From: Myxococcota bacterium | Lineage (GTDB): Bacteria; Myxococcota; B64-G9 | DNA: 64,000 nucleotides | Direction of reading: 5' to 3' | Assembly: GCA_035528415.1 (NCBI GenBank) | Contig: DATKYQ010000040.1 | Span: 28,296-92,295, forward strand | Part shown: positions 7,860-14,425 of the stretch, piece by piece | How positions within the stretch are numbered: the first letter of the stretch is position 1 | Layout of the letters: each line of letters opens with the position of its first letter | Notes under the pieces: generated by a model | What the model was told of the DNA's origin: nothing | What the model saw: only the letters and a program-made list of their open reading frames with translations | The model's database searches: none | Position numbers and translations under genes: made by a program

Positions 7860-10376
7860 TTCAGATCCCGGTTCGCCTGAATCGGCGGCGGGTCCCTTGT
7901 CGGCTCCCCCGTCCAGCAGCGGTCCTTCGTCCGGGTTGCCGCCCTGATCCGCTGCCGCGTCGCCGGCGTCGGGGCCGGCATCCGTTCCCGCGTCCACGCC
8001 GCCGTCCGGCTCTTCCTCTACTGCGACGCAGTAGCCCTGGCTGCATTCGCTGCCGTCAGGACACTCGACGTTCCGGCAGGCATCGCCTATGCAACTTCCG
8101 TCGCTGCAGGCGGTTCCCACCGGGCAGTAGACGCCCTGGCAGGGATCCAGGGCACACTCTCCATCGATGCACACCTGTCCGGCCTGGCAGTTGCGCCCGG
8201 CGCACTGGCTTTCCACGCAGGCACCTTCCGAACAGACTTGATCGGGTGTGCAATCCGCGCAGGCTATCGGCAGACAATCTCCTTCGTGGCACCATGACTG
8301 GTCGTTACAGTCGATGCCGCTGCAGGGATCGGGCTCGCAGACGCCCTCTACACAATGGTTACCCGCCTGGCACTCGTGCCCGGGAGTGAAGCAATCCGCC
8401 GGCACGCAGATTCCCATGCGGCAGTATTCTTCGGGCTGACACTCGATCTGCTGTTCGACGCAGGTGTCGACGCAGTCGCCCCGCGCGTCACATTCTTCCC
8501 CGGCCGGGCAGTGTACACCGCAGCAGGCATCGGCCACGCACCAGCCATCGAGACAGGTCAAGTTGCCGGCGGGACATTCGCCTGAGCTGCAGGGCGAAGC
8601 GCACTGGCCGCACAGGCAAATATCGTATCCCTGGCACAGGCTGCCTTCGTCGGTGATGCCGTCGCAATCGTCGTCCAGCGAGTTGCACATCTCGGGCTCG
8701 GGCCGAATCTCGCCCGCGCAGTCAGACCAGCGTCCTTGGGGCGTGCACACCTCGGTGCCCTTTCTGCACTCGCCGGTATCCACACCGCACTCCCGGGTGT
8801 CTCCCGGGTTGCACTCGCCGCACTCGTCGTCCTGGCCGTCGATCAATCCGTCGCAGTCGTTGTCGATGCCGTCGTCGCAGATCTCCGGTGTTGCATTCTC
8901 GTCCGTCAGGCCGTCGCAGTCGTTATCGCGCCCGTCGCAGACCTCTTCAGAGCCCTGGTAACCGCCCTCGCACGGGCCCCAGGCACCGTCCTGGTCGCAG
9001 ATCGAGACACCCATCTCGCAATCGCCCTCGGAGGTTCCGCACTGTTTCTGCTGCCCGGGAAAACAACTGCCGCATTCGTCGTCCCAGAGATCGGTCAGAC
9101 CGTCGCAGTCGTTGTCTATGCCGTCGTCGCAAATCTCTTGGCCCAGCATGTCGGTGACGCCGTCGCAGTCGTTGTCCAGTGCGTCGCAGTTGATCTCCGC
9201 CATGGGATTCACTTCGCCGATACACTCGACCGAACCGCCGATGCACATCTTGTCGCCCGGCCGGCATTCACCCTCGTCGGTGTAGTATGGCGGCTGTTCT
9301 CCCCCGCTGTCGACGCCGCAGTCGTCGCCCATTCCAGGGAAACTCTCGTCCACTGACAGGTTGCAGTTGTCGTCCCGGCCGTTGCACACTTCGGTGGCTC
9401 CGGGATTTATGGCCGAGGCGGTAGCCGCAGAGCAGCCGGCCATCGACTCGTTGCCGGTATCGCAGCAGTCGGAACATTGGTTATAGGTGTCGCCGTCCAG
9501 GTCGGGAAAGCCGTTGTCTATTGTGCCGTCGCAGTCGTTGTCCAGCCCGTCGCAGACCTCGGGCGTGGCCACGATCTGGGCGTTGCATATGACGCCGTTG
9601 TGGTTGGCGTTGCAGACGTAAACCCCCTGGCCGGTGCAGCCGCCCTGCACGATCTCGCAGGGCGTGCCTTTCAGCGGCCAGTCCTCGTCTATCTGCGCGT
9701 CGCAGTCATTGTCCTTGTCGTCGCAAAGTTCCACCAGCGCCTCGTTGATGATCTGGTCCATGGCGTTTTGCAAATCGGCCTGGTTGTCTGCCTGGTGGTA
9801 GCTCCCGGTGTGCCCGGCGGCAGCGATGTTGTTGAGCACCGTCGGGTTCGCACCGCTGCCGAAACCGATCACGAAGGTCTTGATTCCGGTGGTGTAGAGG
9901 TCCTGCGTGGAGGCCACCGGGTCGCTGCTCGTGTTATCGGCACAGGTGTCGTCACCGTCGCTGACCAGCATAATGAAGTTGCGCCGGTCGGGATCTTTCA
10001 GCTGGCGGTACTGGTTGAGCCCCATCAAGGTGGCCGCCATGGGTGTGTTGCCATTGGCCCCGGCCGCGCTCATGGCGCTGGTGATGGCGGCGGCGGTGTT
10101 GTCTCCTACGTCGACCTGGATGCTGCCGGCACCGCAGTCGTTGTCCGAGGGGAACATGTCCAACCCGAAGCGCAGCTTGGCGCCGTAGTTGTTAAGGACA
10201 AACTGAATCGCGTTCTGCGCCTGGGTCCATTTGGTGCCCTGCATGCTGCCGGAACGATCGAGGACGATCATCATGTTGGGCTTCTCGCAGGCCGGCTGCG
10301 CCATTGCAGGCGCGGCGGCGCACAGTACGGCCACGGCCAGCGCCACGGCCTGAATAATCGCGTTGTGCTTTTTCAT
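7749..10376 (-). CDS. Exported VWA-domain protein with MopE/LDL-A-like Cys-rich repeats, EGF-like Cys stalk and MYXO-CTERM-like tail
   Basis: Start moved to ATG 10376 (AAGGAGG upstream, signal peptide MKKHNAIIQAVALAVAVLCAAAPAMA, ATGA overlap with the upstream stop). MIDAS motif LDRSGSM. Repeated C-x-DG-x-DNDCDG-x-x-DE modules. C-terminal GCGC, hydrophobic helix and KKR. Confidence 0.85.
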   Translation of the reverse strand: MKKHNAIIQAVALAVAVLCAAAPAMAQPACEKPNMMIVLDRSGSMQGTKWTQAQNAIQFVLNNYGAKLRFGLDMFPSDNDCGAGSIQVDVGDNTAAAITSAMSAAGANGNTPMAATLMGLNQYRQLKDPDRRNFIMLVSDGDDTCADNTSSDPVASTQDLYTTGIKTFVIGFGSGANPTVLNNIAAAGHTGSYHQADNQADLQNAMDQIINEALVELCDDKDNDCDAQIDEDWPLKGTPCEIVQGGCTGQGVYVCNANHNGVICNAQIVATPEVCDGLDNDCDGTIDNGFPDLDGDTYNQCSDCCDTGNESMAGCSAATASAINPGATEVCNGRDDNCNLSVDESFPGMGDDCGVDSGGEQPPYYTDEGECRPGDKMCIGGSVECIGEVNPMAEINCDALDNDCDGVTDMLGQEICDDGIDNDCDGLTDLWDDECGSCFPGQQKQCGTSEGDCEMGVSICDQDGAWGPCEGGYQGSEEVCDGRDNDCDGLTDENATPEICDDGIDNDCDGLIDGQDDECGECNPGDTRECGVDTGECRKGTEVCTPQGRWSDCAGEIRPEPEMCNSLDDDCDGITDEGSLCQGYDICLCGQCASPCSSGECPAGNLTCLDGWCVADACCGVHCPAGEECDARGDCVDTCVEQQIECQPEEYCRMGICVPADCFTPGHECQAGNHCVEGVCEPDPCSGIDCNDQSWCHEGDCLPIACADCTPDQVCSEGACVESQCAGRNCQAGQVCIDGECALDPCQGVYCPVGTACSDGSCIGDACRNVECPDGSECSQGYCVAVEEEPDGGVDAGTDAGPDAGDAAADQGGNPDEGPLLDGGADKGPAADSGEPGSEGCGCSHGRPGSGAAWLLLLLLAAVAGKKRAVRIPRP

Positions 10377-12397
10377 GACCGGCCCTCCTTCTTTCGTCCA
10401 CGACGTCGCTTCCGGCGTTTGCCAAAGACGACCATCCCCAGGCCGCCCCCTACCACGTGCAGCGGAACCAGGTCTTTCATGGCCAGGTTGCGGCAGCTGC
10501 ACTCGCTGTCGTCGCCGTCGGTGTCGTTGTCGCAGTCATTATCGACGCCGTCGTTGCAGGCCTCCGTCTGGGGACGCCCGGCCACTGCATTGCAGCGCGT
10601 GCCGGTGCCGTTGTCGGTGCAAACGATGTATCCGCGGCTCAGGCAGCCGCCTTGGCCGGCCTCGCAGTTGTTTCCGAGGCCGCTGAAGCCCTCGTCAGTG
10701 TTGCCGTCGCAGTTGTTGTCGTAGTAGTCGCAGAGCTCCGTCTCGGGCTGGTGCGCGTAGCACTGGCTGGGCGAACCGCTCACACAGATGCGGTAGCCCG
10801 TGTCTCCGCAGGGACCCGTGCAGGGCTCGATCCAGCCCTCGTCGGTTCGCCCGTCACAGTCGTTGTCGAGCCAGTCGCAATCTTCTAAGGAACCAGCAGG
10901 CGCGACCGCATCGCAGACCTGCTGGATGCCGTCTGCCGAGCAGACATAGTGACCCTGGGTAAAGCACTCGCCGACGCCGGCGCTGCAGGGCAGGCCGACA
11001 TAGGGGAAATTCTCGTCCACGTTGAGATCGCAGTTGTTGTCGATGCCGTCGCACAACTCTGCGCTGGGCGGGATATCCTCGGCGTTGCAAACCAGTTGGC
11101 CGCCGCCGGGGCTGCAGACCATCACGCCCTCGGCGTAGCACGGGCCCTGCCCCTTGGAACAGGCTGTCCCGACGCCCGGGAAATCTTCGTCCGTCTCGCC
11201 GTCGCAGTCGTTGTCCAGCCCGTCGCAGGCCTCGGCAAAACCCTGTCCCGGTTGTTTCTGCGAACACTCCGTGCCGCTCCCGTTCGCCAAGCAGACCATC
11301 ACGCCCGGCCGGGCGCAGATTCCCAGGCCCACCTGGCAGCCGTCCATAAGATCAGCAAAGTCTTCGTCGATCTGGCTGTCGCAGTCGTTGTCCTTCCCGT
11401 CGCACAACTCGTTTACCGGCCCCTGGGCTCCCTGGCACGGCCCCCAGTGGCCCTTGTCACAGGTGCGTGTGCCGACCCGGCACTCTCCGGTGTCGTCGCC
11501 GCACGATTCGAACACCCCGTCGAGACATTCACAGCCCTCGTCCGTCAGGTGATCGCAGTCGTTGTCCAGTCCGTCGCATGTCTCGTCCTCGGGCATGCCT
11601 CCACCCTCGCAGGCGCCCCATACGCCCTGATGACAGTTCTGGATGCCGGCATAGCAGATGCCCACGTTCAGGCCGCAAGGGCGCTTATCGGCATCGCAGA
11701 GACAACCGTTGTCGACAGAGCCCTCGCAGTCGTTGTCCAGCCCGTCCTCGCACACCTCGTCCTCGGGCGGCGTTCCACCAAGGCAGCCGCTCCAGTGCCA
11801 ATCGCCGCCATCGTCTGCGCAGTTTTGCGCGCCCGGCGTGCACTCGCCCAGGCTCGATCCGCAGGAACGCGAGTCACCCTGGTTGCAGTCGCAGCCGTCG
11901 TTGACGGCGCCGTTGCAGTCGTTGTCCAGGTCGTCAGTACAGTTCTCTGCGTCCTCGGGCTGGTGACCGCCCTGACATTCACCCCACTGGCCGTCTGAGC
12001 AGGTGGAGACGCCCTTCGAACAGACACCGACGTCGGTGCCGCAGGGCTTTTCCTCGCCGCTGTTGCAGGGGCAACCCTCGTCGGTATCACTGTCGCAGTC
12101 ATTATCGGCCCCGTCACAGGCCTCGTCCGCCCCGGGAAAAATATCCGCCCGGTTGTCGTTGCAGTCTGTGCAGTCGGCGCAGCCTTCGCGAAGGTCGCAG
12201 AAACCGTCATGATCGAGATCGGTGCAATTGGGTTTGACGATGCATTCACCGTCCCGGCAGACGTAACCGGTCGCGCAGTCGGTACTGGAGTTACAGCGCG
12301 GCTGCGCGTCGTCGGACCCGACGACGGAACTACCGCATCCGGCAGTGAGCGCCGAAAAAACAACTAAACGAATCAAGCCCAATGATAGCCTTGTCAT
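10373..12397 (-). CDS. Cys-rich repeat lipoprotein (about ten 55-60 aa MopE/LDL-A-like modules) with C-terminal anchor
   Basis: Lipobox LTAGCGS. Repeats of the type (E)xCDGxDNDCDxxxDE...C..G.G.C...G...C. C-terminus CSC, then the hydrophobic GGGLGMVVFG and KRRKRRRGRKK. Confidence 0.8.
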   Translation of the reverse strand: MTRLSLGLIRLVVFSALTAGCGSSVVGSDDAQPRCNSSTDCATGYVCRDGECIVKPNCTDLDHDGFCDLREGCADCTDCNDNRADIFPGADEACDGADNDCDSDTDEGCPCNSGEEKPCGTDVGVCSKGVSTCSDGQWGECQGGHQPEDAENCTDDLDNDCNGAVNDGCDCNQGDSRSCGSSLGECTPGAQNCADDGGDWHWSGCLGGTPPEDEVCEDGLDNDCEGSVDNGCLCDADKRPCGLNVGICYAGIQNCHQGVWGACEGGGMPEDETCDGLDNDCDHLTDEGCECLDGVFESCGDDTGECRVGTRTCDKGHWGPCQGAQGPVNELCDGKDNDCDSQIDEDFADLMDGCQVGLGICARPGVMVCLANGSGTECSQKQPGQGFAEACDGLDNDCDGETDEDFPGVGTACSKGQGPCYAEGVMVCSPGGGQLVCNAEDIPPSAELCDGIDNNCDLNVDENFPYVGLPCSAGVGECFTQGHYVCSADGIQQVCDAVAPAGSLEDCDWLDNDCDGRTDEGWIEPCTGPCGDTGYRICVSGSPSQCYAHQPETELCDYYDNNCDGNTDEGFSGLGNNCEAGQGGCLSRGYIVCTDNGTGTRCNAVAGRPQTEACNDGVDNDCDNDTDGDDSECSCRNLAMKDLVPLHVVGGGLGMVVFGKRRKRRRGRKKEGRS

Positions 12398-12464
12398 TAC
12401 AGATCCTCTAAGAATCAGTAAAATGAGATTCTGTTACTACTCTAGTGTAAGAGGATGAAACCAG

Positions 12465-14321
12465 TCAACCTGGAAAACCGGCTCTATCGGGGTCTACGAT
12501 CTCGAGCCACTTGAACCAAATGGGATGATGTTCCTGATACCAGTGGAGAACTTCCAGCAACACCTCTTGGCCCTTTCTGGAAATCACCTCGGATGGGATG
12601 CGGTCGAAGTGGACACGAATGGTCTGTTTGGCGGTGTATTCCAGCGCCTCCGAACACAGCGTCTGCAATTCGTTTCGAATTCGGCCGGAGTCTGAGATCT
12701 TCACCGGCCGGATATGGAAGTCCTCGCCCCAGATGAAACGGATCAGCAGCGGATTGAAGACCAGCCGTCCTTCACGTGGACGCTCCATCAGCCGCAAGGT
12801 GAAGCTGATACGCTTGTCTCCCCGGCGGCTGGACAGGCGCACGGTCACCCGGTAGGTGCTTGCAGTCAGTTGTGTAACCCCCGGGGCCCCGGTGTATGGA
12901 TCGGGCTGCATGTAACCCACCAGGGAAATGACGTCCCAGCGTTTCTCTGGAAAGAAATCATCGGCGCGGATGACACGTTTTCCAAGCTGGATGCCGGCGT
13001 CGCGCGCCTCGCAAATCAGCCGGTGGTAGAGATCGACGGTTGCGGTGTCCGGTGTGTTTCCGGTTATAGCCGCGAGACGCGCTGGAAAGTCATCGGCCTC
13101 CACATCCAGGCCCATGATCTTCTGTTCCTGCCTGTATGAGAGATCGAAGCGGGAAGTGAAGACGGCTAGCGAGGCGTCCAGCCCCAGCACCGGGGCCAGG
13201 CTGACCGCCTGCATGGCCTCGGCCGAGGCCGCGTAGCCGTCGCAGATGAAAACATGGGTGCCTCCGTCCGCGTCTTGCCAGCTCCCCACACTGTAGTTGG
13301 GAGCGTAAGTGCCCGACTCGGTGAAGGCCTCCATTCCGCTGGGCATCTTCCAGCCGTCGTCCACCAGGTGCACTCCCAGCGCCTCCCATTCCTCCCATAA
13401 CTTTCCGATGCGTCCGACGCGACCCTTGCCACGCAACGTCCAGACATGGATGTCCTCGCGGCGGATGCCGGGATAAGTCGCTTCGATGGCTTCAACGACC
13501 AGAGCGCGGGGAGTGCTGTAATCGATCAGCACCGAGCGCTCGCTGGCCTTATCGACCACGGCCTGGGGCAAGAACAGGCTGCCCATGTAGCCCTCGTAGG
13601 GCCGGGAGATGCACAGCGGCTGGTTGAACAGGTGTAATACGGTCATCGGGCCGGTATCGCGGCCCATGGCGAAGCGCGAGGTGTTTTCCAGGGTATCGAT
13701 GGCCGCGCCCCAGACCGTCAGCCCGGCGCTCTTGACCTCGTCGTAGAACTGGTCGAAACGGTAGTCGGGCTCGTTGAGCATGCGGGTGACCCGTTGATCC
13801 AGCCATTGGGAAACCTGCGGGCGGGCGTAGACGCGGCCGAATCCGAGTTGGGGGTTGGAGCCCATCTCTTGTGTCTCACCCGATTTGGGCATCAGTCCTT
13901 CGCCCAGGCTGACCATGATGGCGTGATTCTCGGGCAGGTAGCGCGAGGCGAACCAGAGGCTCTCGCTCATGGCGTAGGCGGAGATGGCGTCTGCGTCCTT
14001 CTTGACCTGGTTGAGGTAGGCCTTGTCCTGCCCTTTCCCCTCACCGAAGCGCCCGTAAAGCTTGGTGCCCAGAGCGGTAACCGCTGCGGTCATGGCCATC
14101 AGCCGCTCCATGCGGATATCCAGGAAAGAAATCTCGCGGGAGCCTTTCTGGCTGGGCTCTCCCCGCAGCCACTCTACCTCGATGTCTTCCAGTCCCAGGT
14201 GCAGTCGGTTCAGAATAGGCCGCGTGTCGAAGAACCACTGTGCGATACGATCTTGCTTGTCTTTCTGCTCTGTTGCTAAGACCATGAGATCCTCCACAGC
14301 CGGTTGAGAATATTTCTTCAT
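12465..14321 (-). CDS. Cytoplasmic protein with a divergent GlpX / class II fructose-1,6-bisphosphatase-like core plus N- and C-terminal extensions
   Basis: No signal peptide. By-eye collinearity with E. coli GlpX:
- KKDADAISAYAM vs NTADGAAVNAM
- AIMVSLGEG vs TIVIGEGE
- GAAIDTLENTSRFAMG vs DIAVDPIEGTRMTAMG
- TLRGKGR...LGVHLV vs ILAKPRH...LGVRVF
- ICDGYAASAEAMQA vs IGGAPEGVVSA
The gene call is solid and the function is tentative. Confidence 0.55.
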   Translation of the reverse strand: MKKYSQPAVEDLMVLATEQKDKQDRIAQWFFDTRPILNRLHLGLEDIEVEWLRGEPSQKGSREISFLDIRMERLMAMTAAVTALGTKLYGRFGEGKGQDKAYLNQVKKDADAISAYAMSESLWFASRYLPENHAIMVSLGEGLMPKSGETQEMGSNPQLGFGRVYARPQVSQWLDQRVTRMLNEPDYRFDQFYDEVKSAGLTVWGAAIDTLENTSRFAMGRDTGPMTVLHLFNQPLCISRPYEGYMGSLFLPQAVVDKASERSVLIDYSTPRALVVEAIEATYPGIRREDIHVWTLRGKGRVGRIGKLWEEWEALGVHLVDDGWKMPSGMEAFTESGTYAPNYSVGSWQDADGGTHVFICDGYAASAEAMQAVSLAPVLGLDASLAVFTSRFDLSYRQEQKIMGLDVEADDFPARLAAITGNTPDTATVDLYHRLICEARDAGIQLGKRVIRADDFFPEKRWDVISLVGYMQPDPYTGAPGVTQLTASTYRVTVRLSSRRGDKRISFTLRLMERPREGRLVFNPLLIRFIWGEDFHIRPVKISDSGRIRNELQTLCSEALEYTAKQTIRVHFDRIPSEVISRKGQEVLLEVLHWYQEHHPIWFKWLEIVDPDRAGFPG

Positions 14322-14425
14322 ATCAAGCTTTTCCGCCTGGTGCCGCGTTTCAGAGCCAAAAGCGCCAGCAGTAACATTGCCAGCACCCAGCCCTTACTGC
14401 CTTCGCTCGAACTGCAGCCGCAGCC
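14318..14425 (-). other. MYXO-CTERM-like sorting signal of the BNR protein
   Basis: GCGCSSSEGSKGWVLAMLLLALLALKRGTRRKSLI. Confidence 0.5.

Noticed and set aside
10377-10502. N-terminal extensions of several track ORFs (7749..10502, 38010..40025, 21133..22374, 22148..23212, 27140..28180, 6359..6976, 6894..7229, 31612..32460)
   Set aside because: The extensions are Arg/Pro-rich, overlap the upstream gene, and lack an RBS. Internal starts give canonical signal peptides or lipoboxes, or family-typical N-termini with Shine-Dalgarno sequences and ATGA-type coupling.
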